A stretch of 64,000 bases of DNA from Octopus sinensis (taxonomy: Eukaryota): positions 32,860,001 to 32,924,000 of the forward strand of contig NC_043014.1 in assembly GCF_006345805.1 (NCBI RefSeq), written 5' to 3'. Positions 1 to 10,980 of this stretch are shown piece by piece. Position numbers and translations under genes: made by a program. The notes under the pieces were generated by a model. It saw only the letters and a program-made list of their open reading frames with translations, was not told where the DNA came from and did no database searches. The stretch's first letter is position 1. Each line of letters starts with the position of its first letter.

Positions 1-190
1 AATCTAATCTTGCTCCACTCATCTAACAAAAGTTAAGCACACACATCTAACAACTATGCTCCTCTCATTTAACAAATATTATTCCACTCATCTAACAAAC
101 CATACTCCACTCTCCTAACACACTTTACTCCACTCAGCTAACAAGCTTTTACTTCACTCATCTATCAAAACTTTACTTTATTCACATCTG
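1..190. repeat. Degenerate minisatellite, ~20-25 bp unit (TACTCCACTCATCTAACAA-like)
   Basis: CCACTCATCTAACAA and variants recur about 7 times with short AT-rich linkers. Confidence 0.7.
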
Positions 191-559
191 AATAGTCATT
201 TGTCAGAACTATAACAACATCGTTTTCTAGGTTTAGCCAACCACCTTCTCTATTTTTCTGTCTCGCTCTTCGCTCTCTCTCTTTTTCTCTCTCTCTCTCT
301 CTTCTCCCTCTCCTTCCCTCTCTATCTCTCTCTCTGATCACTTAATAATTATTTGACTTATTAAATATTGAGTCATTTCTGTTATTCCTCTTGTATGGCA
401 ATTAATAATCACAATTAATTCAACTGTAAAATGCCAGTAGAGAAGATGAAAACAATATAACATTAGATTAATTACTTTATATTAATTAGTTTCATATCTC
501 ACCTTACTGTTCTCACTTCATCTCCTCTTGGACATTGTCTTAACCACCTCTCTTTCATC

Positions 560-585
560 CTCTCTATCTGTCAGTCTGTCTGTTT

Positions 586-645
<60 letters not shown>

Positions 646-671
646 ACAATCTATCTATCTATCTCTATCCT

Positions 672-710
<39 letters not shown>

Positions 711-1290
711 AACAATCTCTCTATCTATCTATTTATCTATATATCTATCTATCTGTCTGTTTATCTATTTATCTAACTATCTGTCTGTCTGTTTATCTTT
801 TTGTCTCAATCTCTCCCCTCTCCTCTGAATAAATTCATCCTCTTTCTGTTTTTATTTTCTCTTAAATTATCTCTCCTCCCTTTCTCCTTCATTTTCTCCT
901 ATCTTTTTTTACACACACTCTCTCTCTCTTTAAATTTCTCTCTCTCCCTCAGTCTCTCTCATTCCCACTTTTGCTCAACCTCTTGTTTTCCTTCCCTCTT
1001 AAATTATATCTCATCTAATTTCTTTCTTTCATTTTCTCTTTCCTTCCTTGTTCTCTCACATTCTCCCTCCCTCTCTTTATTCTCTCTTCCCTTCATTTTC
1101 ATTCTGTTTCTCTTCTTCTCTCATTTTCTCTCTCCTTTCTCTTTCTTTTCTCTCTTTCTCATTCTTTCATTTTCTCATCATTCCTTTTTCTTTTCCTCCC
1201 ACTTTCTTCCTCTTTTTATCTTCCACTCTCTTTCTCTCTCCCCTTCTCCCTCCCTATCTCTCCTCTCTATCCTTCTTTCTCTCTTTCTAA
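560..1290. repeat. (CTAT)n microsatellite followed by a CT-rich low-complexity tract
   Basis: Directly visible; accounts for ORFs 528..776, 801..1316 and 1048..1290. Confidence 0.95.
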
Positions 1291-1335
1291 AAGTACCTAA
1301 ATATATGTTCAAGTAATATTTGTGTATTCTACAGC

Positions 1336-1547
1336 AGCGAGCTGGCAGACACATTAGCACACCGGGCGAAATACTTAGCAGTATTTCGCCTGACTTTAAG
1401 TTCTGAGTTCAAATTCTGTAGAGGTCATCTTTGCCTTTCATTCTTTCAGGGTCGACAAATTAAGTACCAGTTGCATACTGGGGTCGATCTAATCGACTGG
1501 CCCTCTCCACAAAAATTTCAGGCCTGATGCCTAGAGTAGAAAAGAAT
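1336..1547 (+). mobile_element. tRNA-derived SINE, family B (GGCGAGCTGGCAGAA head)
   Basis: A-box-like TGGCAGA and B-box-like AGTTCAAATTC; body GTCGACTTTGCCTTTCATCC...AAGTACCAGT is shared with many other copies in the window. Confidence 0.85.
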
Positions 1548-1562
1548 ATTTGTGTGTTCTTG

Positions 1563-1755
1563 AAGGCCACAAGCTGGCAGAATTGTCAGCACACCAGGCA
1601 AAATACTCCATCTTCACATTCTAAGTTCAAATTCTAGTGAGGTCAACTTTACCTTTCATTGTTTCAGGGTCAATAAAATAAGTACCAATTGAATACTGAA
1701 GTTGAAGTAATCAACTTACCCCATCCCATTGCTGGCCTTGTGCCAAAGTTTGAAC
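1563..1755 (+). mobile_element. SINE family B, older copy
   Basis: Colinear similarity to 1336-1547. Confidence 0.75.
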
Positions 1756-1990
1756 TCAATATTTGTGTTTCATAATACCTTAGATCAGAGGAGTACCGCT
1801 AAAGATGTTTACCTTCCAAGAGAGTATCTAGAGTATATAAGCATAAAAGAAGACATCGCTCCTCTCTTCCAAGCTCATCAGTACCAAACAAAGGAACACT
1901 CATCAATTTTAGAGTATTGCCACTGCTTACATTGGTAAACTACAACACCTCATATTATTTGTTGTTATTGTTACTGTTTAACCTCAGTGA

Positions 1991-2200
1991 AGGTACATGG
2001 CTTAGTGGTTAGGGCATTTGGCTCATGATCATAAGGCTGTGAGTTCAATTCCTTGTGGCATGTTGTGTCTTTAGGAAAGACACTTTTTTTTTATCATGCT
2101 GCTTCAGTTCACTCAGCTGGCAAAAATGAGTAGTACCTGTATTTCAAAGGGTCAGCCTTGTCACATTCTGTGTGACACTGAATCTACCCCAAAACTATAT
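1991..2200 (+). mobile_element. tRNA-derived SINE, family C (GGCACATGGCTTAGTGGTTAG head)
   Basis: A box TGGCTTAGTGG, B box AGTTCAATTCC, body CACTCAGCTGGCAAAAATGAGTA shared with 52414-52658. Confidence 0.8.
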
Positions 2201-2203
2201 TTA

Positions 2204-2432
2204 TTTCTTTACTGGCCACAAGGGGCTAAACATAGAGGGGGCAAACAAGGACAGACAAAGGGATTAAGTTGATTACATCGACCCCAGTGCGAAACTGGTA
2301 CTTTATTTATCGACCCCAAAAGGATGAAAGGCAAAGTCGACCTCAGCGGAATTTGAACTCAGAACGTAGCAACAGACGAAATACTGCTGAGCATTTCGCC
2401 CAGGGTGCTAATGTTTCTGCCAGCTCGCTGCC
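2204..2432 (-). mobile_element. SINE family B
   Basis: Reverse complement of the family B head and body; low divergence with CpGs retained. Confidence 0.85.
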
Positions 2433-4261
2433 TTCCCCAAAACTATATTAATGGCATGTGTACCTGTGGAGTACTTAGCCAATTGCATGTTAATTTCATG
2501 AGCAGGCTGTGCCATTGATCAGATCACCTGAAACACTTGTCATAACCAACTGAGTGCCAGTATTAGCCTTTGGTCAAACCTGGTCAATCACTTTTAATCA
2601 AAAATCTTTCAGCTGAAACCATTCTGTAAGTATATCTAGAACTACATTGCCTAAGGTGTCCTTCTTTATTTTTATTAAAATGGTAGAATGAATTTGACTA
2701 TTATTTCAGGCTTATACCATGACAGTGCACCACCAAAAACCCTCTCCTTAGTGAGACAACAAGTCAAATATTTAGGACATAATTCAAAGTGGACTATCTC
2801 TGGTCTTTTCCCTTGAATCCACCATAAAATACTCTTTTTTCCACCAGTGCTATCATGCCTGTAGAGTTTATCAGAAACTCAGTTTGTTCACTGGTACAAT
2901 TGCCAGGTAAAAAATTGTTGGGTGTTGTCCATAGTATCTGAGCTCAGGTTTTGAAATAGGGTAGCTAATTGATTTTCAAGAATACACAGCCTCCTTGAGA
3001 ACATTGTCACTCTTGTCCACCACTAGTCTTTTATATAATACAAGGTTTGACATATCACTAACCCAATTTGCCTTTCAGTGAAGAACTGTAAGTTCTTGGC
3101 AAATTGCAAAAGCTAAGCACCCAATGTTGGCCTTTGTTTATGCAAGACTACAGCTCTGTCAAAGAGCTGTGAGGAGACATGCTTCACAAATGAAGACCAT
3201 ACATCCTCAGTATCTAGAATCTCTACAGATGCCACAGCCTCAATGCATGCCAATGCATCATCAGCTGAGCTCCCCACAGGTGTAGTTTTGACAGTCGATA
3301 GACCTTCTCACATGTTAAATTTGTCACTTTCACAAGAAATGAAAGTGAAACTACCTCAGCTTCATTAGATTAAAACTAGAACGAAGTACAACACTCATGA
3401 AGTAATAAGTAGAAAGGTAATGCATATTGCTGAGTTTTCAAGGGTAGCTTGCTCTCAGCCTATTTTGGTTGAGACCAACCATCCTGCTCGTAAGCTTCTT
3501 TCAGTTCTTAACCTTCAAAAAGTCTATCTCAAAGCAGACTCAAAGTATATTAACAGAACCTTTGAACCAGCAACCTACAACACTGGCCAGTGTAATTGTT
3601 TCACCAGGTGCCGAACTGGAAGCCCATCACCTTATCACAGCTAAAGAGTGCTCCTTTTACCACCTCTATTCCTTCAGTACAGTGCCAGCCACTTCAATTT
3701 CCATAGGTCCAACAACAACAATAATAATAATAATAGCACCATAACAAGAAACTGAGAGTAGTTTTCCCTAAATTAAAATGGTTGTAAATAATGCTGTGTC
3801 GGAAGCAAGTTGAAAGAGCTATAACAGAGTAATATGTAAATAAAATGAGTTGGAGAGACGCCAACACCACACTTAAATCTCTTCACTACAATTCACCAGA
3901 GTATGCCTTTGATAAATTGCCATTTTGATCTGCCACAATTTGTACAGTGATCATTCATGTATCACATATTATCTATCAGATAAATAAATTTTCAGAAAAA
4001 TAGGAGAAAGATAAGGAAAAGGAAGGAGAAGAGGGAGAGAATGTGTTATGTTTCGATGTTGTTATTTTACTGTTTGTTGTTTTGTGTATATTTTGTTATA
4101 TTTTTGATGTTTCTCCCCCACCACCACCACCACCAATTCATGGCAACCATTTTAGTCAAGTTGCTTATGTCTATATTGTAATTTTTGGTGAGTTTTTGTT
4201 TATAAAATTTTGTTTTCATTTTTTGCAGTAGAGTGTGAAAGGGGCAATGTCAAAGAGAGAG

Positions 4262-5030
4262 TAGTTGATTGGTCAGTTGCTCAGTTGGTTGGTTGATTGG
4301 TTGGTTGGTTGGTTGGTTGGCTGGCTGATTGGTTGGTTGGTTGGTTTGTTGTTTATTTGTTGGTTATTGGTTGGTTGGTTGGTTGGCTGGTTGGTTGGTT
4401 GGTTGGTTGGTTGGTTGGTTGGTTGGTTGGTTGGTTGGTGGCTGGCTGATTGGTTGGTTGGTTGGTTTGTTGTTTATTTGTTGGTTAGTTGGTTGGTTGG
4501 TTGGCTGGTTGGTTGGTTGGTTGGCTGGTTGGTTGGCTGGATGGTGGTTGGTTGGTTGGTTGGTTGGTTGGTTGGCTAGATGGTTGGTTGGCTGGTTGGT
4601 TGGCTGGTTGGTTGGTTGGTTGGTTGGTTGGTTGGTTGGTTGGTTGGTTGGTTGGTTGGTTTGTTGGTTGGCTGGTTGGCTGGTTGGCTGGTTGGTTGGA
4701 TGGTTGGATGGTTGGTTGGCTGGTTTGCTGGTTGGCTGGATGGTTGGCTGGTTGGTAGGTTGGTTGGTTGGTTGGCTGGATGGTTGGTAAATTGGTTGGT
4801 TGGCTGGCTGGTTGGCTGGTTGGTTGGTTGGTTGGTTGGATGGATGGTTGGTTGGTTGGTTGGCTGGTTGGTTGGCTGGCTGGTTGGCTGGTTGGCTGGT
4901 TGGTTGGTTGGTTGGCTGGATGGTTGGTTGGTTAGCTGGTTGGTTGGTTGGTTGGTTGGTTGGTTGGTTGGCTGGGTGGTCGGTTGGTTGGTTGGTTAGT
5001 TGGTTGGTTGGCTAGCTGGTTGGCTGGTTG
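4262..5030. repeat. (TTGG)n microsatellite
   Basis: Directly visible; source of the WLVG ORFs. Confidence 0.97.
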
Positions 5031-5401
5031 CACCTGAAGGTTTGAGTTTGTCAGTTTGATGGAAGGTTTTGAGGATTTTATATTTTCGGATTTTTTTCAG
5101 GCTACATTTGTGTGATTTTCATGTCTCACACAGACACACACACATATTTATACATGCTTACAAATACCCACATACATGAAGATATATATATGACATTTAT
5201 AATGAACAAGACAAAAAGTACTCCATACATGAATGATGTATAATATGATTATTTATTGGACTGTCCACTACAGATGAACTTGGCTGTCTAACAAACTGAC
5301 ATTTGAAAAACCTAAGGTAACAATAGAATGCTTCAACTAAAGATATATATATATATATTATATATGCTTTTATCAGACTGTATATATATATATAATATAT
5401 A

Positions 5402-5616
5402 CAGAGTCTGCCAAAAACATGTATACTCACTTCAGGAGAGGAAAAATTTATACAAATATTTTAATTCAGTATTATTGCAATTTATTCAGTGTTATCAAAA
5501 TTTAATAAAACATTGTAAGAGATATTTATATTCACTGAAGTACTTATACAAGTCCAATATTTATACAGATTTTTTTACTTTTTTGAAGTGTGTATACATT
5601 TTTTTGGTGGACTTGA
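5402..5616. mobile_element. Tc1/mariner-type MITE
   Basis: ~30-bp imperfect TIRs: AGTCTGCCAAAAACATGTATACTCACTTCA (5405-5434) vs reverse complement of TGAAGTGTGTATACATTTTTTTGGTGGACT (5584-5613); left end abuts TA. Confidence 0.65.
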
Positions 5617-5897
5617 CCAGTATTGCTTGTACTGACCTAGCAGAGGTAAGAAAACGTTTTTAATGTTCACTGGAATTTCTTCCTACCATGCCTGTATTAG
5701 ATTTGTGACTATTCTGTGGTACAGAAGTATTTTTGGCTTCTATATTTTGCGCTGCAGGTACTAATATGGTACCTTCGTGTATGTGTGTGTGTGTATATAT
5801 ATATATATACTGTTGTGTCTGGGGAGAGTCATTCTATTTTAGTGCCTTATTATTTAACACGCCCACCGGTAAAATTTCCACTTCTTATTTTTATTTT

Positions 5898-5934
5898 CTA
5901 AAATTTTCATTGCGTCTTGCAACCTTTTCAATAG
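5898..5934 (-). ncRNA. Minimal type I hammerhead-like motif, U3-A8 core variant
   Basis: cua UUGAAAA g guugc aagac gcaau GAA AAUU U uag: stem I 3 bp, stem II 5 bp, palindromic AAUU stem III. Confidence 0.5.
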
Positions 5935-5985
5935 TCTTCACTGGTACTTGTTCTATTGGTCTCTTGACATAAACAAGAGTCAAGA

Positions 5986-6022
5986 CTATTGAAAAGGTTT
6001 CAAGATGCAACGAAAATTCTAG
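5986..6022 (+). ncRNA. Minimal type I hammerhead-like motif, U3-A8 core variant
   Basis: cua UUGAAAA g guuuc aagau gcaac GAA AAUU C uag; predicted cleavage after C6019. Confidence 0.5.
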
Positions 6023-6156
6023 AAAATAAAAATAAAAAATAGGTGGAAATTTTACCGGTGAGTGTGTTAAATAATAAGGCACTAAAAGACGCAACAGAAT
6101 ATGCTTCAACACACGAACTCATATAAAGAATCTTGCAAACCAAATCCCAAAACGAA

Positions 6157-6188
<32 letters not shown>

Positions 6189-6326
6189 AAAGAGTGTACA
6201 TTTAAAGACATGAGAAGCATCCATCACAGGATTCCTTGCATGCTAGAGAGGACAGTTAAATTCTAAACCACTATTAGCGATAAAATTCTGAAGGGAATGA
6301 AAAATAAAAACATTTACCATCTAACT

Positions 6327-6396
6327 CCTGGACCAATGGTTTCAGACTTTTTTTAGCAAATAAAATAATTTGCTAGGCGAAGTCTTCTTCAGCAGG
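6327..6396 (-). ncRNA. Type I hammerhead ribozyme, canonical core
   Basis: ccug CUGAAGA agacu [ucgcc uagcaaau uauuuu auuugcua aaaaa] agucu GAA ACC auu GGU C cagg: all core nucleotides present, stems I/II/III of 4, 5+8 and 3 bp, GUC cleavage between 6331 and 6330. Confidence 0.85.
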
Positions 6397-6544
6397 TACA
6401 CCTTAGATTAAATATATATACACAAGGCAATGCAGTATATGCCTGTGCTTATACATTCTTGAAAAATTAGAATGTATACGCACGGGGCATATACTGGATT
6501 GCCTCATGTATATATATTTAATCTAAGGTGTACCTGCTGAAGAA
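6384..6544. repeat. Long imperfect hairpin (~76-bp arms, 9-nt loop) overlapping the 5' end of the hammerhead
   Basis: CTTCTTCAGCAGGTACACCTTAGATTAAATATATATACAC...ATACATTCT pairs with AGAATGTAT...AATCTAAGGTGTACCTGCTGAAGAAG with about 6 mismatches. Confidence 0.9.
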
Positions 6545-6690
6545 GCCTAGCTTTCTCCTGTTGACAAAGAGCCATGCTCTAAACATTATACACCCACACT
6601 TTTTATACTTATACTGAGTGCTAACATAATACAGTCTATGTATATGTCCTTTGGACTTTTGTTCTTTGCCATTTTTAACATTTGATTTGC

Positions 6691-6722
<32 letters not shown>

Positions 6723-6742
6723 TATATATATACACACACACA

Positions 6743-7030
6743 CAGGGTGCAATGGATAAATTGCCACCATTTTATATTTTTAATTTCACACATGCACATC
6801 GTTTGTTTTTTATTTTGCAGACTAATCAGTATAGTAGGGTCAGTTGGGCACTGTCTGAGAGAAAACCAGCACCATGATGCAATTCATTCTGCCAGAAACT
6901 AGAAATGACATGCTGTACTGTTTGGCATTCATGCTAGAGGCTCCAATATGTTCATTCCCGGCAAGACTAAAGAATTTTCTGTATCTTATGTTGTCTCCAT
7001 TCATTTGTTTATCAGAAGTACACAGGGTTG
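6743..7030 (+). mobile_element. Tc1/mariner-like 5' fragment
   Basis: TA then CAGGGTGCAATGGATAAATT terminus; short decayed ORF start MMQFILPETR; family assignment from recall. Confidence 0.4.
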
Positions 7031-7039
7031 ACTAAACCC

Positions 7040-7144
7040 TGGCAGATGAGAAAAGAGAGTAATGAAAGAACTGTAGTGAGAGGGTGACAGAAGAGATAGT
7101 ATGGGAGGAGAACCAGAAGAATGAGAATAAGGAGAGGAAAGAGA

Positions 7145-7176
<32 letters not shown>

Positions 7177-8080
7177 GGTAAGAGAATTATAGTAAAAGAT
7201 TCAGAGAGTAAAAAGGAGAGTGATAGAAAAAGATGGAGCAAAGGGTGAAATGTGAAGAGAAGGTTGTTGATAAGAAGATTAAATAGAAACACTATGAGAA
7301 GTGTAGTGGTTGAAGAGTGTGGTATGAGGGAAACAGAATGATACAAGAGGGAGTGTTGGATGTGAGGTAGAGAGTGAAAGAGTGTGAGTGATGAGAGAGA
7401 GAGAGTGAGTGATGAGAGAGAGTGAGTGATGAGAGAGAGAGAGTGAGGGAAGATAGTTTGGAGAGAGAGAATGATGAGAGGGAGAGAATGACAAGTGTGA
7501 GTGATGAGAAAGAGAATGATGAGAGAGAGACAGTGATGAGAGGGAGAGGGTGATGAAAAACAGAATGATGAGAGAGAGAGGGTAATGAGAGAGGGAGAGA
7601 GAGTGATGAGAGAGAGAGGGATGAGAGAGAGAGTGAGTGATGAGAGAGAGTGACAAGAGAGAGTGATGAGAGAGAATGTGACCAAAGAGAGAGGGTGATG
7701 AGAGAGGGAGACAGAGAGAATGATGAGAGAGAGCATGAAATGAGAGAGAGTGATGAAAGACAGAGAGTGATGAGAGAGAAAGTGACGAGAAAGAGTGATG
7801 AGAGAGAGAGTGATGAGAGAGACAGTGATGAGAGAGAGAAAGTGAGATGAGAAAGAGAGAGTGATGAGAGAGAGAGTGAGGGAAGATAGTTTGGAGAGAG
7901 AGAATGATGAGAGAGAGAGGGGTGAGAGTGAGAGTGATGAAAGAGAAAGAGAGAGAGAGATGTATATCAACAATGAGTGGTAAAGGAGAGTGTGTGGAAG
8001 TAATAAAGACAAGTAAGAGTGATGAATGTCAATAATGAGTCATAGAAAAAGAGTAATGGGTAAAGTCAGAGTGTGTATGT
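7040..8080. repeat. GA-rich tract with degenerate (GAGAGAGTGAT)n
   Basis: Directly visible; explains ORF 7032..8012. Confidence 0.9.
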
Positions 8081-8256
8081 GAGTGAAGACTAACAATAAG
8101 GAAGTGGTGGTGGTGGAAAGGAGTAGAGGTAGATTGAATGGTTACAGGTTCAATGAAATGCTATCTTGCATTTCACATGTAGCATGTTGGGAAAGATATC
8201 GAGAAATAATAGAGAATGGTGAGAGAATAACAAAACAGAACAGCGTCTTTATCGTT

Positions 8257-8450
8257 TATCTTTTATTTGTTTCAGTCACTTGTCTGCGGTCATGTTGGGG
8301 CACCACCTGACAAAGTGGCTTTTTTTAGCAAATGAATTGACCCTAGCACTGATTTTTAAAGTTTGGTACTTGTTTTATTGGTCTCTTGGCGTAAACACAC
8401 CAACACTGGCTGTCAAACAAAGATGAGGGACAAACACAAACACACGCATA
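8257..8450 (-). mobile_element. SINE family A, 3' portion
   Basis: Matches the reverse complement of the family A tail (GTTTCAGTCA...GGGACAAACAC). Confidence 0.7.
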
Positions 8451-8465
8451 TATATACCTGTATAT

Positions 8466-10555
8466 ACGGGACAATCTGCTGACAGCCACTGACCAGATCT
8501 GTGGATGGAGCAAAGTCCCATTTCGACCCAGAGTAACGTGGTGGTGGAACAATGTGGTTGACAGGGCTATTAGACAAAAGAAACAGGCTTAGAGGGACTG
8601 GAAGAACGGTGGTAGCAGGGAATTGTATCAGCCAGCCAGAAGGGAAGCTAGGAGACAGGTTTATTTAGCCAGAGAGGAAGCGGATAAGAAAAATTTGCCA
8701 ATGTTCTGCGCCATGAGGATGAAAGTCTTTAGGTATTTCGTGTTGCAAGACAGTGTGTGAGAGAGAATCGTGATGTGGTAGGAGAGAAATGTGTCCGCAT
8801 GGATGATGGTTCACTTGCGCTAAATGAGGATGCAAAGAGAGAGGTTTGGAGATGCCACTATGAAAGGTTGCTGAATAAAGAAAATGAATGGGATAAAGAG
8901 AGTCTGCCAAATGTCAACCCAACAAAGGGACCAGCCATCCAAGTTGGCAATTCTTTGGTAGTTAAAGCAATTAGAAGCATGAAGACAGGGAAAGCCCCAG
9001 GCCCATCAGGAATTACTGCAGAGATGCTCAAAATATCTGGCAGTGTCGGCTATAACCTAGTCACCCGTATAGTTAACCAGGTGATACACGAAGGAGTCAT
9101 ACCCAGTGACTGGTGTAGCAGCATACTAGTCAACTGCTACAAAGGTAAAGGAGACACCCTAGATACAAATAATTACAAAGGTATCAAGCCCAACTGATTA
9201 GGGAGAGAGTCAACTTGGACGAGATGCAGTTTGGTTTCATGCCAGGGAAAAGCACCACTGATGCCATATTTCTGGCGAGACAGCTGCAGGAGAAATACCT
9301 AGCCAAAGATAAGCCCCTGTACCTGGCTTTTGTTGACATGGAGAAAGCCTTTGACAGGGTCCCCTGATCCCTTATCTGGTGGTCAATGAGGAAACTAGGG
9401 ATAGATGAATGGCTGGTGAGGGCTGTGCAAGCCATGTACAGGGATGCCGTAAGTAAGGTTAGGGTTGGCAACATGTACACAGAAAAATTCAAAGTAGAGG
9501 TTGGGGTCCACCAGGGTTCAGTACTCAGCCCCCTCCTATTTATCATAGTCCCCCAGGCAATTACGGAGGAATTCAAGACAGGTTGCTCCTGGGAGCTCCT
9601 ATATGCTGACGACCTTGCTCTAATTGCTGAGTCACTATCAGAACTGGAGGAGAAGTTCCAGGTGTGGAAGGAGGGTCTAGAATCGAGGGGCCTTAGAGTC
9701 AACCTAGCTAAAACCAAAGTACTAATAAGTAGGAAGGTAGTCAATCCAGAAATGTCTTCAGGAAGATGACCCTGCTCGATCTGTAGAAAAGGTGTAGGTA
9801 GAAACTCTATAAGATGTACTCGGTGTAAGCTATGGACACATAAGAGGTGCAGCAATGTCAAAGGAAGGCTAACTGGGAAGATAGTTTTTGTATGTGGCAG
9901 ATGCTCGGGAGCATTAACCTCTGAAAATCTGCAGAAAACAACTTCCGTCACTTTCCTGGGGGAAAAACTAGAAGTAGTTGATAGCTTCCGTTATCTAGGT
10001 GACCAAGTCAGTAGTAGGGGTGGTGTGCTGAAAGTGTAACTGCTAGAGTAAGAATAGCCTGGGCAAAGTTTAGGGAGCTCTTAACTCTGCTGGTGACTAA
10101 AGGCCTCTCGCTCAGAGTAAAAGGCAGACTGTATGATGCATGTGTACGAACAGCCATGCTACATGGCAGTGAAACATGGGCCGTGACTGCTGAGGACATG
10201 TGTAAGCTCGCGAGGAATGAAGCCAGTATGCTCCGATGGATGTGTAATGTCAGTGTGCATACTCGACAGAGCGTTAGTACCCTGAGAGAAATGTTGTACC
10301 TAAGAAGCATCAGTTGTGGTGTGCAAGAGAGACGATTGTGCTGGTATGGTCATGTGGTGAGAATGGATGAAGATAGGTGTGTGAAAAAGTGCCAATCCCT
10401 AGCAGTGGAGGAACCCGTGGAAGAGGTAGACCCAGGAAAATCTGGGACGAGGTGGTTAAGCACGACCTTCGAACTTTAGGTCTCACTGAGGAAATGACCA
10501 GCGACCGAGACCTTTGGAAATATGCTGTGCATGAGAAGACCAGGCAGGACAAGTG
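8466..10555 (+). pseudogene. RTE-clade LINE reverse-transcriptase ORF, 5'-truncated and disrupted
   Basis: RT motifs GKAPGPSGI, LAFVDMEKAFDRV, GVHQGSVLSPLLF, LLYADDLALI, RVNLAKTKV; Cys-rich CxxC/H-x3-C module at ~9770-9905; C-terminal LLHGSETW and WYGHVVRM. Disrupted by an internal deletion/frameshift near 9190, TGA at ~9364 and further stops. Confidence 0.95.
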
Positions 10556-10980
10556 AGTCCAGCCCACTTATGCATGCCTTTCCTCCCTTGGACACACAAA
10601 AGCACTATCCGAATCGTGGCCGATGCCAGCGCCACCTCGACTGGCTTCCGTGTCGGTGACACGTGAAAAGCACCATCCAAATCGTGGCCAAAGCCAGTGC
10701 CATCTTGACTGGCTTCCGTGCCGGTGGCACGTAAAATGCACCAATCCAACCGTGGCCGATGCCAGCCTCACCTGGCACCAGTGCAGGTGGCACATAAAAA
10801 GCACCCACTACACTCACGGAATGGTTGGCGTTAGGAAGGGCATCCAGCTGTAGAAACATTGCCAGATAAGACCGGAGCCTGGTGCAGCCTTCTGGCTTCC
10901 CAGATCCCCGGTCGAACCATCCAACCCATGCCAGCATGGAAAGCGGACGTTAAACGATGATGATGATGACGATGATGATG
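10556..10980 (+). mobile_element. 3' UTR of the RTE LINE with tandem ~60-nt modules and a (GAT)n tail
   Basis: Repeated GGTGGCACGTAAAA..GCACC modules, then GCACCCACTACACTC...GCATGGAAAGCGGACGTTAAAC(GAT)n. Confidence 0.85.

Larger units (their letters stand above)
5810..6158. mobile_element. TA-flanked inverted-duplicated short element (Penelope pLTR-like) with two hammerhead-like motifs
   Basis: ~100-bp arms 5837-5938 and 5982-6087 are reverse complements; (TA)n on both sides; a truncated relative occurs at ~12005-12036. Confidence 0.75.

Noticed and set aside
1-190. CRISPR-like appearance of repeated CCACTCATCTAACAA
   Set aside because: Linkers are only a few nt, repeats are degenerate, there are no cas genes and the context is eukaryotic; it is a minisatellite.
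1780-1990. Possible exon (DQRSTAKDVYLPREY... or RVYKHKRRHRSSLPSSSVPNKG...)
   Set aside because: No recognisable domain, weak splice signals, and open frames of this length are expected by chance.
5270-5312. CAGATGA ... GAAAAACC-TAA-GGTA hammerhead-like words
   Set aside because: Core mismatch, stem III register off by two A residues, and no stem I.
5579-5650. Exon-like segment ending in AG|GTAAGA
   Set aside because: Its 5' half is the right TIR of the MITE at 5402-5616.
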